Below are positions 45,065 to 64,000 of a DNA stretch of 64,000 bases, piece after piece. The notes beneath the pieces are model-generated. The model searched no databases, was not told the DNA's origin, and was given only the letters and a program-made list of their open reading frames with translations. Location of the stretch: NCBI GenBank assembly GCA_964016885.1, contig OZ024741.1, forward strand, positions 177,258,001-177,322,000. Direction: 5' to 3'. Within the stretch, counting starts at the first letter, position 1. Every line of letters begins with the position of its first letter. The stretch comes from Eledone cirrhosa (taxonomy: Eukaryota). A program made the translations under genes and the position numbers.

Positions 45065-46885
45065 GTAAGTATCTATGTATGCATAATCTAAGCAACAGTA
45101 TCTATGTATGGACATATGTATAAGTATGTGTTGCTATAGAAGTCGATCGAGGCAGGAGTAGGAGTGTTGAGTGTATAGGTGCTGGTTTACCTTGGGCTCG
45201 GTGTGGCGGGGCTACTGTCTCTATATCTTGAGGGAAGTTCCCATCCCAATGTGTTGTTATTGTTCATATAGCTTGAGAAAGGTACTGGCTCTGAGATGTC
45301 TACATGTACCGAAGAAGTCGGACCTGAGGTTTATTAGGTTGCTTCCACCGCTGAGTATCTCGAGGGTCTCGCTCGGACATGGTTTGAAGATGCCAAAAAC
45401 CCCTCTATCAGGTGGTACTTTCCTATTTTGGACCAGGCTATGAGTACGGGTTCCTCTGCAGCTTGAGCTTCGAGATCAGTTCGGAAAGAGCCGTACTTTT
45501 CCTTTTGTCCTCCTTATTAAATGAATGGCGATAGTTATACCATCGGTCTTTGAAGCTCGTTGATGTGGCTCCTATGTAAAGGTGTTCAGAGTTGGGGTTT
45601 TTTACTCTACATCTGTATATCAAGTTCTTCCTTAGTTATTCATTACTAAGGGGGCATAATGTGGGGGTTCTGCAGTTGCAAGAGGTGGTCGACCTTCGAG
45701 TGCCTAATGTGGGGTTCCCGTTGCGTATTATAGGGTGGTCTTCTTGTTGGCCCGGTGGGGGGTCCCTGGGTCTCTTTGGGTTCCCAGGGTGGGTACCGGG
45801 TCCACCCTTCCTTCCCTCCACATGGCTCTGCTAGGTGCGTTTATTGCGAGCTTCTGGTTGTGTGTAGTTTCTAAGTCTACCCTTATTGATGCTAGCTATG
45901 TGCTGGGCTACGTTGCGCGTGGTAGAATACGAGAGCTTCACAGTGTGTCTGTTGAAGATCTTGTGGTATCTATGATCCCCCAGGAAGCATTTATCTAGTG
46001 CTCTAAAGAATTACCAGGCCCGGCTGTTCCTCAGGGCCGCTGAGTAGGGTGAGGTGTACCAGGTGATGTTTCTACGTCTATTCCTATGTGGGTGGGTTGA
46101 GCGTGCTGTGGGCTGTTGGAGAGTTGTTGGGTTGTTAGTGGTTCCCGCATTGTTGCTTCCCCTTTGGGCGTTATGTGTTTTGCTAGCTTCCCGGCCCTTA
46201 CCTGTGGGTTGGTTGTGCCCACGCTGGGGGTTCCACAGTGAAATGATCCTCCATCTGTCCCACTTCGTGTCTGGCAGTTGGGGGCGTCGGGCCCAGAGTG
46301 GTTAGTTTCAGCCCTGAGACCGCTCCCCAAACTGGGTTTCCTCCAATGGCTAGGCGTACGCGTCCTTGTCCCTAATGTGGTGGTGTCGGTAACATGGGGT
46401 TTAGTGGTTTCCACTCAGCCTGTAATGTTAGGGTTCCCCCCAGAGTCCCGGATACCGTGGATCGGGGTGCCCGATGGGCTATCCGTATCATGGCGCTTCG
46501 GATTATAAGGTATAGTTTGGCCATGCGCCGCCTTATTAAGAGCTGCGTTATAATACTCTACGATACTATCGAAGAACACCTTATTGGCGGAGGGGTTGGA
46601 GATCCTGTCTGAGACACTCTTGACTCCGGCCTTAATTATGCCCAACGGCATGTGAAACCACCCTAGATCCATAATTAAGGGCCGGGACCTTGCTCAAGCT
46701 ATATGGACTATATCAAAACGTTGGGATGGGAACTTCCCTCAAGCTATAGGGACAGTAGCCCCGCCACATCGTGCCCAATGTAAACTACCCCTACTCCCGC
46801 CCCGATCGACTCCTATAGCAAAACACAATTATACATATCTCCATACCAAGATACTGTTGTTTAAAATTATGCATACATAAATACT

Positions 46886-46890
<5 letters not shown>
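45060..46890 (-). mobile_element. 5'-truncated PLE (RT thumb + GIY-YIG) with inverted terminal duplication
   Basis: GIIKAGVKSVSDRISN...YYNAALNKAAH, CNCRTPTLCPL, IYRC...YIGATSTSFKDRWYNYRHSF...STALS; about 45060-45250 is inverted at about 46720-46890. Confidence 0.85.
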
Positions 46891-46949
<59 letters not shown>

Positions 46950-46964
46950 ATGTATGTATACATC

Positions 46965-47228
46965 CCAAAATTCAGCTCAAAAGCGACACAGAGGAGACTG
47001 AGGTTAGCTGGACATGCTCACCGACATCCAGAGTTGACATTGCACTCAGTGCTCCTTTGGGAGCCCCTACATGGACACACTAGAAGAGGAAGACCAAGGT
47101 TAACGTATGTTGATGCCCTAAGGAGAGACACTGGTCTGTTGGAGATGCAGGACATGGCTGCGATAATGAGGGACAGAGACCGCTGGAGAGAACTCGTCCA
47201 TGGATCTCGGGAATTTTACCCGCCTTAG
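46965..47228 (+). mobile_element. 3' end fragment of an RTE-like LINE within (TA)n
   Basis: [12 protein letters not shown]...[21 protein letters not shown]...RDRWR is a typical LINE ORF2 C-terminus; the stop codon abuts (AT)n. Confidence 0.8.
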
Positions 47229-47250
47229 ATATATATATATATATATATAC

Positions 47251-48210
<960 letters not shown>

Positions 48211-48239
48211 TTATATATATATATAAGTATGTATATATG

Positions 48240-48365
<126 letters not shown>

Positions 48366-48880
48366 CGTGTCACTCTTTGAGTGCTACTGGTAAAACCCAG
48401 TACAAGCTGTCGCATGGTCGGGTCTTCGGCCACTTAACCGGCAAACCCATCATGTTTACTTGGTGAGGAGGGTTATTTTGGACACCCTGCAGGACAAAAA
48501 ACAAAACCTGACAAAGGGCAGAACAACTCATAAGAGTCAACAGTCATCCGAAATGTGTAAATATTTATAGACACATATACCACAGGGATTAAAGGACCCC
48601 TAGCCTTTGTCAGGGCATTCTTCTAGGAGAAGGCAACTAAGAAGACTAGGTTAACTCCGATATAAAGCCTGCGGCTCAGTAGGTACCGATTATGTTGATC
48701 TTTTCTTCTTTTCGGGTCATAGCTACTGCCGCTCAGAGAGTGGGATTGGCAAAATGCACAGTCTTTCCTCACTTTAAAAAATATCTTCACGCACAGACAT
48801 TTCACGATATAATTAATTAATAATTATTAATAATGGTATATCTTGCAATGTCCATACTCGATAACGACGGGGCAGCCATC

Positions 48881-48960
<80 letters not shown>

Positions 48961-48965
<5 letters not shown>

Positions 48966-51900
48966 GAATGTAATTGTAATACGTGACGTATTCTATTCTA
49001 TAGCGATTAGGTCTTCAAAATGTTTATTATAAACATACAGAATATTTTCGAATATTCTATGTCTATCTTCACATATATATCGCTATTTCAGAGCATTTAA
49101 TCTAATTTCTAATTTCTGCCGGACCGGCAACCGCTCTTTCAAACCAGTTCCTGTACACAGCTAAGTATTCTATAAGTCTCTAGCTGTGTCATTCTCGATA
49201 AAAGCACTGGATATGTAATCCTGAAGATTTCTAATAAGAATGAAACGCGTAGGTTACTTCCCTTGCCTTTATCGAGAATCTAATTGTAATACGTGACGTA
49301 TTCTATTCTATAGCTATTAGGTCTTCAAAATGTTTATTATAAACATACAGAATATATTCGAATATTCTATGTCTATCTTCACATATATATCGCTATTTCA
49401 GAGCATTTAATCTAATTTCTAATTTCTGCCGGACCGGCAAGCGCTCTTTCAAACCAGTTCCTGTACACAGCTAAGTATTCTATAAGTCTCTAGCTGTGTC
49501 ATTCTCGATAAAAGCACTGGATATGTAATCCTGAAGATTTCTAATAAGAATGAAACGCGTAGGTTACTTCCCTTGCTTTTATCGAGAATCTAATTGTAAT
49601 ACGTGACGTATTCTATTCTATAGCGATTAGGTCTTCAAAATGTTTATTATAAACATACAGAATATTTTCGAATATTCTATGTCTATCTTCACATATATAT
49701 CGCTATTTCAGAGCATTTAATCTAATTTCTAATTTCTGCCGGACCGGCAACCGCTCTTTCAAACCAGTTCCTGTACACAGCTAAGTATTCTATAAGTCTC
49801 TAGCTGTGTCATTCTCGATAAAAGCACTGGATATGTAATCCTGAAGATTTCTAATAAGAATGAAACGCGTAGGTTACTTCCCTTGCTTTTATCGAGAATC
49901 TAATTGTAATACGTGACGTATTCTATTCTATAGCGATTAGGTCTTCAAAATGTTTATTATAAACATACAGAATATTTTCGAATATTCTATGTCTATCTTC
50001 ACATATATATCGCTATTTCAGAGCATTTAATCTAATTTCTAATTTCTGCCGGACCGGCAACCGCTCTTTCAAACCAGTTCCTGTACACAGCTAAGTCTTC
50101 TATAAGTCTCTAGCTGTGTCATTCTCGATAAAAGCACTGGATATGTAATCCTGAAGATTTCTAATAAGAATGAAACGCGTAGGTTACTTCCCTTGCTTTT
50201 ATCGAGAATCTAATTGTAATACGTGACGTATTCTATTCTATAGCGATTAGGTCTTCAAAATGTTTATTATAAACATACAGAATATTTTCGAATATTCTAT
50301 GTCTATCTTCACATATATATCGCTATTTCAGAGCATTTAATCTAATTTCTAATTTCTGCCGGACCGGCAACCGCTCTTTCAAACCAGTTCCTGTACACAG
50401 CTAAGTATTCTATAAGTCTCTAGCTGTGTCATTCTCGATAAAAGCACTGGATATGTAATCCTGAAGATTTCTAATAAGAATGAAACGCGTAGGTTACTTC
50501 CCTTGCTTTTATCGAGAATCTAATTGTAATACGTGACGTATTCTATTCTATAGCGATTAGGTCTTCAAAATGTTTATTATAAACATACAGAATATTTTCG
50601 AATATTCTATGTCTATCTTCACATATATATCGCTATTTCAGAGCATTTAATCTAATTTCTAATTTCTGCCGGACCGGCAACCGCTCTTTCAAACCAGTTC
50701 CTGTACACAGCTAAGTATTCTATAAGTCTCTAGCTGTGTCATTCTCGATAAAAGCACTGGATATGTAATCCTGAAGATTTCTAATAAGAATGAAACGCGT
50801 AGGTTACTTCCCTTGCCTTTATCGAGAATCTAATTGTAATACGTGACGTATTCTATTCTATAGCTATTAGGTCTTCAAAATGTTTATTATAAACATACAG
50901 AATATATTCGAATATTCTATGTCTATCTTCACATATATATCGCTATTTCAGAGCATTTAATCTAATTTCTAATTTCTGCCGGACCGGCAAGCGCTCTTTC
51001 AAACCAGTTCCTGTACACAGCTAAGTATTCTATAAGTCTCTAGCTGTGTCATTCTCGATAAAAGCACTGGATATGTAATCCTGAAGATTTCTAATAAGAA
51101 TGAAACGCGTAGGTTACTTCCCTTGCTTTTATCGAGAATCTAATTGTAATACGTGACGTATTCTATTCTATAGCGATTAGGTCTTCAAAATGTTTATTAT
51201 AAACATACAGAATATTTTCGAATATTCTATGTCTATCTTCACATATATATCGCTATTTCAGAGCATTTAATCTAATTTCTAATTTCTGCCGGACCGGCAA
51301 GCGCTCTTTCAAACCAGTTCCTGTACACAGCTAAGTATTCTATAAGTCTCTAGCTGTGTCATTCTCGATAAAAGCACTGGATATGTAATCCTGAAGATTT
51401 CTAATAAGAATGAAACGCGTAGGTTACTTCCCTTGCTTTTATCGAGAATCTAATTGTAATACGTGACGTATTCTATTCTATAGCGATTAGGTCTTCAAAA
51501 TGTTTATTATAAACATACAGAATATTTTCGAATATTCTATGTCTATCTTCACATATATATCGCTATTTCAGAGCATATAATCTAATTTCTAATTTCTGCC
51601 GGACCGGCAACCGCTCTTTCAAACCAGTTCCTGTACACAGCTAAGTCTTCTATAAGTCTCTAGCTGTGTCATTCTCGATAAAAGCACTGGATATGTAATC
51701 CTGAAGATTTCTAATAAGAATGAAACGCGTAGGTTACTTCCCTTGCTTTTATCGAGAATCTAATTGTAATACGTGACGTATTCTATTCTATAGCGATTAG
51801 GTCTTCAAAATGTTTATTATAAACATACAGAATATTTTCGAATATTCTATGTCTATCTTCACATATATATCGCTATTTCAGAGCATTTAATCTAATTTCT

Positions 51901-54900
51901 AATTTCTGCCGGACCGGCAACCGCTCTTTCAAACCAGTTCCTGTACACAGCTAAGTATTCTATAAGTCTCTAGCTGTGTCATTCTCGATAAAAGCACTGG
52001 ATATGTAATCCTGAAGATTTCTAATAAGAATGAAACGCGTAGGTTACTTCCCTTGCTTTTATCGAGAATCTAATTGTAATACGTGACGTATTCTATTCTA
52101 TAGCGATTAGGTCTTCAAAATGTTTATTATAAACATACAGAATATTTTCGAATATTCTATGTCTATCTTCACATATATATCGCTATTTCAGAGCATTTAA
52201 TCTAATTTCTAATTTCTGCCGGACCGGCAACCGCTCTTTCAAACCAGTTCCTGTACACAGCTAAGTATTCTATAAGTCTCTAGCTGTGTCATTCTCGATA
52301 AAAGCACTGGATATGTAATCCTGAAGATTTCTAATAAGAATGAAACGCGTAGGTTACTTCCCTTGCCTTTATCGAGAATCTAATTGTAATACGTGACGTA
52401 TTCTATTCTATAGCTATTAGGTCTTCAAAATGTTTATTATAAACATACAGAATATATTCGAATATTCTATGTCTATCTTCACATATATATCGCTATTTCA
52501 GAGCATTTAATCTAATTTCTAATTTCTGCCGGACTGGCAAGCGCTCTTTCAAACCAGTTCCTGTACACAGCTAAGTATTCTATAAGTCTCTAGCTGTGTC
52601 ATTATCGATAAAAGCACTGGATATGTAATCCTGAAGATTTCTAATAAGAATGAAACGCGTAGGTTACTTGCCTTGCTTTTATCGAGAATCTAATTGTAAT
52701 ACGTGACGTATTCTATTCTATAGCGATTAGGTCTTCAAAATGTTTATTATAAACATACAGAATATTTTCGAATATTCTATGTCTATCTTCACATATATAT
52801 CGCTATTTCAGAGCATTTAATCTAATTTCTAATTTCTGCCGGACCGGCAACCGCTCTTTCAAACCAGTTCCTGTACACAGCTAAGTATTCTATAAGTCTC
52901 TAGCTGTGTCATTCTCGATAAAAGCACTGGATATGTAATCCTGAAGATTTCTAATAAGAATGAAACGCGTAGGTTACTTCCCTTGCTTTTATCGAGAATC
53001 TAATTGTAATACGTGACGTATTCTATTCTATAGCGATTAGGTCTTCAAAATGTTTATTATAAACATACAGAATATTTTCGAATATTCTATGTCTATCTTC
53101 ACATATATATCGCTATTTCAGAGCATTTAATCTAATTTCTAATTTCTGCCGGACCGGCAACCGCTCTTTCAAACCAGTTCCTGTACACAGCTAAGTATTC
53201 TATAAGTCTCTAGCTGTGTCATTCTCGATAAAAGCACTGGATATGTAATCCTGAAGATTTCTAATAAGAATGAAACGCGTAGGTTACTTCCCTTGCCTTT
53301 ATCGAGAATCTAATTGTAATACGTGACGTATTCTATTCTATAGCTATTAGGTCTTCAAAATGTTTATTATAAACATACAGAATATATTCGAATATTCTAT
53401 GTCTATCTTCACATATATATCGCTATTTCAGAGCATTTAATCTAATTTCTAATTTCTGCCGGACCGGCAAGCGCTCTTTCAAACCAGTTCCTGTACACAG
53501 CTAAGTATTCTATAAGTCTCTAGCTGTGTCATTCTCGATAAAAGCACTGGATATGTAATCCTGAAGATTTCTAATAAGAATGAAACGCGTAGGTTACTTC
53601 CCTTGCTTTTATCGAGAATCTAATTGTAATACGTGACGTATTCTATTCTATAGCGATTAGGTCTTCAAAATGTTTATTATAAACATACAGAATATTTTCG
53701 AATATTCTATGTCTATCTTCACATATATATCGCTATTTCAGAGCATTTAATCTAATTTCTAATTTCTGCCGGACCGGCAACCGCTCTTTCAAACCAGTTC
53801 CTGTACACAGCTAAGTATTCTATAAGTCTCTAGCTGTGTCATTCTCGATAAAAGCACTGGATATGTAATCCTGAAGATTTCTAATAAGAATGAAACGCGT
53901 AGGTTACTTCCCTTGCTTTTATCGAGAATCTAATTGTAATACGTGACGTATTCTATTCTATAGCGATTAGGTCTTCAAAATGTTTATTATAAACATACAG
54001 AATATTTTCGAATATTCTATGTCTATCTTCACATATATATCGCTATTTCAGAGCATTTAATCTAATTTCTAATTTCTGCCGGACCGGCAACCGCTCTTTC
54101 AAACCAGTTCCTGTACACAGCTAAGTCTTCTATAAGTCTCTAGCTGTGTCATTCTCGATAAAAGCACTGGATATGTAATCCTGAAGATTTCTAATAAGAA
54201 TGAAACGCGTAGGTTACTTCCCTTGCTTTTATCGAGAATCTAATTGTAATACGTGACGTATTCTATTCTATAGCGATTAGGTCTTCAAAATGTTTATTAT
54301 AAACATACAGAATATTTTCGAATATTCTATGTCTATCTTCACATATATATCGCTATTTCAGAGCATTTAATCTAATTTCTAATTTCTGCCGGACCGGCAA
54401 GCGCTCTTTCAAACCAGTTCCTGTACACAGCTAAGTATTCTATAAGTCTCTAGCTGTGTCATTCTCGATAAAAGCACTGGATATGTAATCCTGAAGATTT
54501 CTAATAAGAATGAAACGCGTAGGTTACTTCCCTTGCTTTTATCGAGAATCTAATTGTAATACGTGACGTATTCTATTCTATAGCGATTAGGTCTTCAAAA
54601 TGTTTATTATAAACATACAGAATATTTTCGAATATTCTATGTCTATCTTCACATATATATCGCTATTTCAGAGCATTTAATCTAATTTCTAATTTCTGCC
54701 GGACCGGCAACCGCTCTTTCAAACCAGTTCCTGTACACAGCTAAGTCTTCTATAAGTCTCTAGCTGTGTCATTCTCGATAAAAGCACTGGATATGTAATC
54801 CTGAAGATTTCTAATAAGAATGAAACGCGTAGGTTACTTCCCTTGCTTTTATCGAGAATCTAATTGTAATACGTGACGTATTCTATTCTATAGCGATTAG

Positions 54901-57760
54901 GTCTTCAAAATGTTTATTATAAACATACAGAATATTTTCGAATATTCTATGTCTATCTTCACATAGATATCGCTATTTCAGAGCATTTAATCTAATTTCT
55001 AATTTCTGCCGGACCGGCAACCGCTCTTTCAAACCAGTTCCTGTACACAGCTAAGTATTCTATAAGTCTCTAGCTGTGTCATTCTCGATAAAAGCACTGG
55101 ATATGTAATCCTGAAGATTTCTAATAAGAATGAAACGCGTAGGTTACTTCCCTTGCTTTTATCGAGAATCTAATTGTAATACGTGACGTATTCTATTCTA
55201 TAGCGATTAGGTCTTCAAAATGTTTATTATAAACATACAGAATATTTTCGAATATTCTATGTCTATCTTCAAATATATATCGCTATTTCAGAGCATTTAA
55301 TCTAATTTCTAATTTCTGCCGGACCGGCAACCGCTCTTTCAAACCAGTTCCTGTACACAGCTAAGTATTCTATAAGTCTCTAGCTGTGTCATTCTCGATA
55401 AAAGCACTGGATATGTAATCCTGAAGATTTCTAATAAGAATGAAACGCGTAGGTTACTTCCCTTGCCTTTATCGAGAATCTAATTGTAATACGTGACGTA
55501 TTCTATTCTATAGCTATTAGGTCTTCAAAATGTTTATTATAAACATACAGAATATATTCGAATATTCTATGTCTATCTTCACATATATATCGCTATTTCA
55601 GAGCATTTAATCTAATTTCTAATTTCTGCCGGACCGGCAAGCGCTCTTTCAAACCAGTTCCTGTACACAGCTAAGTATTCTATAAGTCTCTAGCTGTGTC
55701 ATTCTCGATAAAAGCACTGGATATGTAATCCTGAAGATTTCTAATAAGAATGAAACGCGTAGGTTACTTCCCTTGCTTTTATCGAGAATCTAATTGTAAT
55801 ACGTGACGTATTCTATTCTATAGCGATTAGGTCTTCAAAATGTTTATTATAAACATACAGAATATTTTCGAATATTCTATGTCTATCTTCACATATATAT
55901 CGCTATTTCAGAGCATTTAATCTAATTTCTAATTTCTGCCGGACCGGCAACCGCTCTTTCAAACCAGTTCCTGTACACAGCTAAGTCTTCTATAAGTCTC
56001 TAGCTGTGTCATTCTCGATAAAAGCACTGGATATGTAATCCTGAAGATTTCTAATAAGAATGAAACGCGTAGGTTACTTCCCTTGCTTTTATCGAGAATC
56101 TAATTGTAATACGTGACGTATTCTATTCTATAGCGATTAGGTCTTCAAAATGTTTATTATAAACATACAGAATATTTTCGAATATTCTATGTCTATCTTC
56201 ACATATATATCGCTATTTCAGAGCATTTAATCTAATTTCTAATTTCTGCCGGACCGGCAACCGCTCTTTCAAACCAGTTCCTGTACACAGCTAAGTATTC
56301 TATAAGTCTCTAGCTGTGTTATTCTCGATAAAAGCACTGGATATGTAATCCTGAAGATTTCTAATAAGAATGAAACGCGTAGGTTACTTCCCTTGCTTTT
56401 ATCGAGAATCTAATTGTAATACGTGACGTATTCTATTCTATAGCGATTAGGTCTTCAAAATGTTTATTATAAACATACAGAATATTTTCGAATATTCTAT
56501 GTCTATCTTCACATATATATCGCTATTTCAGATCATTTAATCTAATTTCTAATTTCTGCCGGACCGGCAACCACTCTTTCAAACCAGTTCCTGTACACAG
56601 CTAAGTATTCTATAAGTCTCTAGCTGTGTCATTCTCGATAAAAGCACTGGATATGTAATCCTGAAGATTTCTAATAAGAATGAAACGCGTAGGTTACTTC
56701 CCTTGCTTTTATCGAGAATCTAATTGTAATACGTGACGTATTCTATTCTATAGCGATTAGGTCTTCAAAATGTTTATTATAAACATACAGAATATTTTCG
56801 AATATTCTATGTCTATCTTCACATATATATCGCTATTTCAGAGCGTTTAATCTAATTTCTAATTGCTGCCGGACCGGCAACCGCTCTTTCAAACCAGTTC
56901 CTGTACACAGCTAAGTATTCTATAAGTCTCTAGCTGTGTCATTCTCGATAAAAGCACTGGATATGTAATCCTGAAGATTTCTAATAAGAATGAAACGCGT
57001 AGGTTACTTCCCTTGCTTTTATCGAGAATCTAATTGTAATACGTGACGTATTCTATTCTATAGCGATTAGGTCTTCAAAATGTTTATTATAAACATACAG
57101 AATATTTTCGAATATTCTATGTCTATCTTCACATATATATCGCTATTTCAGAGCATTTAATCTAATTTCTAATTTCTGCCGGACCGGCAACCGCTCTTTC
57201 AAACCAGTTCCTGTACACAGCTAAGTATTCTATAAGTCTCTAGCTGTGTCATTCTCGATAAAAGCACTGGATATGTAATCCTGAAGATTTCTAATAAGAA
57301 TGAAACGCGTAGGTTACTTCCCTTGCTTTTATCGAGAATCTAATTGTAATACGTGACGTATTCTATTCTATAGCGATTAGGTCTTCAAAATGTTTATTAT
57401 AAACATACAGAATATTTTCGAATATTCTATGTCTATCTTCACATATATATCGCTATTTCAGAGCATTTAATCTAATTTCTAATTTCTGCCGGACCGGCAA
57501 CCGCTCTTTCAAACCAGTTCCTGTACACAGCTAAGTATTCTATAAGTCTCTAGCTGTGTCATTCTCGATAAAAGCACTGGATATGTAATCCTGAAGATTT
57601 CTAATAAGAATGAAACGCGTAGGTTACTTCCCTTGCTTTTATCGAGAATCTAATTGTAATACGTGACGTATTCTATTCTATAGCGATTAGGTCTTCAAAA
57701 TGTTTATTATAAACATACAGCATATTTTCGAATATTCTATGTCTATCTTCACATATATAT
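48961..57760 (+). repeat. Tandem array of 28 full plus one partial 310-bp units, each carrying a hammerhead ribozyme (non-LTR retrozyme-like satellite)
   Basis: Exact 310-bp period (unit starts 48961 ... 57641); few substitutions; (TA)n on both sides. Confidence 0.97.
49215..49257 (+). ncRNA. Minimal type I hammerhead ribozyme (first of 28 copies, repeated every 310 bp)
   Basis: gtaatc-CTGAAGA-t ttct aata agaa t-GAAA-cgcg-TA-ggttac; helix I gtaatc/ggttac; palindromic acgcgt; predicted cleavage after 49251. Confidence 0.9.
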
Positions 57761-57800
57761 ATATATATATTTATATATGTATATATATATATATATATAT

Positions 57801-62460
<4,660 letters not shown>

Positions 62461-63188
62461 TATATATATATATATATATAAAGATTTGAATGGATACAGT
62501 TTAGTTGAAAGGAATTCATTGACACGTGTTTCTATAACAGTTACATAACCTGAAAACAGCTGCGATCTACAAAGTTTTAGTTATGCAGACATTCAATATT
62601 TCAATGTTATTATTTACTGTCATTTCATCAGAATAATATTACTGAGGACCTATTTAGTTTTTATAGAGAATATTAGGAGGGAGGGGTGAAGTTGTTAGAA
62701 GAATAGTTGAAGGAGTAGTTTTTCGATAGCAGTGAGAATTCTTGGTGGCAGTGAGTAATTAGATTCCCATCTGTTGTTTTGACATTTTTTATAGAATATA
62801 TTATTGGTTATTTTTCTAAATCTATAGAAGGATTAGAGATAGTAAAGATATGCGTGGTTGGTTTTGTGTTTGCACTTAATTAACATTCAGACTTAAATTT
62901 TTCTTTCAAGTGTACGTATCCTTTCACCCACTCATTCACACACAAATATATTTGCACACCTCTACAAAATACATATACTCACAATTCACATATTCATACT
63001 TACATACATATACACATGCATACACATATATATACACACATGTATTCATGTACATACATACGCGCTCATGTGTATACATTTTCATACTCAACTTATCTTT
63101 ATATACACACGTATAGACACACACATATATACATACATACTCTAGTCCATGTGTACACACATACACATACATACACATCTATATACAC

Positions 63189-63257
<69 letters not shown>

Positions 63258-63470
63258 GATAAATCTACCAAGAGTTTACGGTAGTGTCCAATCCGTATGA
63301 AGAACTCAATGTAATCCGGATATCATGGAAAGAAGAGATGCAATGAAAAATCACTTTCGGTGAAAGATAAACGGAATAAAGAGTCAAGATAAAATATTAA
63401 AAAAATAATGAATAAAACAATGAAACAGTTCCTTATATTAAACAAAAAAAGTTCATTATTTCATTATTTC

Positions 63471-63529
<59 letters not shown>

Positions 63530-63530
<1 letters not shown>

Positions 63531-64000
63531 CACTTTAATACATGAATACACTTACATCTAACTATACACATCAAACATATATATATATTTACTTATTTAT
63601 ATACATTTTCACATATATATACATACTTATGGACGTTTTTAGACACATTCATTATCGTATATTTGCACCTATTCTCATCAGCATATCTTTCCATTATTAG
63701 TGTGGTAATTTAAGGTTATTAATATATGTTGAGAAGAGATTGTTTTTATATTTTTCTAACTAGATTAAGGTTTATATAGTTGGTGGATGTCCCTCTTTAA
63801 TGTAATATTCGGCTTGTAGTGGGAAAAAAGGGTTTTAGTTCTGTGACGGCAGAATAATGTTCGTTCAATTCTGTTATTCAGTAGTTTCTTCTTGTGTGTG
63901 ATTATGTAATAAATCTCAAGATTACACAATTTGCAGAAATTTTGGCTCCTGGAAAAGCTTTGGGTTTTAGCTAATTTCTCCCATTTCAGGGTAAACTTTT
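63530..64000 (-). mobile_element. 3' end of another PLE (GIY-YIG C-terminus), runs off the window end
   Basis: Minus strand: FTLKWEKLAK...CKLCNLEIYYII...LLNNRIERTLFCRHRTK. Confidence 0.75.

Noticed and set aside
48961-57760. CRISPR array or ordinary centromeric satellite
   Set aside because: There are no unique spacers or cas genes; whole units are near-identical, and the intact hammerhead and dense pairing point to an RNA-derived repeat

Overview
AT-rich, repeat-dominated eukaryotic DNA. No host protein-coding gene could be identified. The Deu/Nin-domain tRNA SINEs, the dense (TA)n/(CA)n/(TC)n microsatellites and the many Penelope-like elements (PLEs) suggest an animal genome, most likely a coleoid cephalopod (inference). 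The window contains one nearly intact PLE (RT + GIY-YIG, about 58.1-62.5 kb, one in-frame stop), several PLE fragments, RTE-like LINE fragments, a decayed mariner and three SINE copies. The main feature is an 8.8-kb array of 28 near-identical 310-bp units (48961-57760). Each unit carries an intact minimal type I hammerhead ribozyme (HHR) in a highly base-paired unit, consistent with a non-LTR retrozyme/circRNA-type satellite. About 20 further hammerhead motifs, from roughly a dozen sequence families, lie in short and often fold-back elements inserted in (TA)n tracts. All structures were paired by eye; no folding program or database search was run. Most short ORFs in the supplied track are microsatellite translation artefacts.
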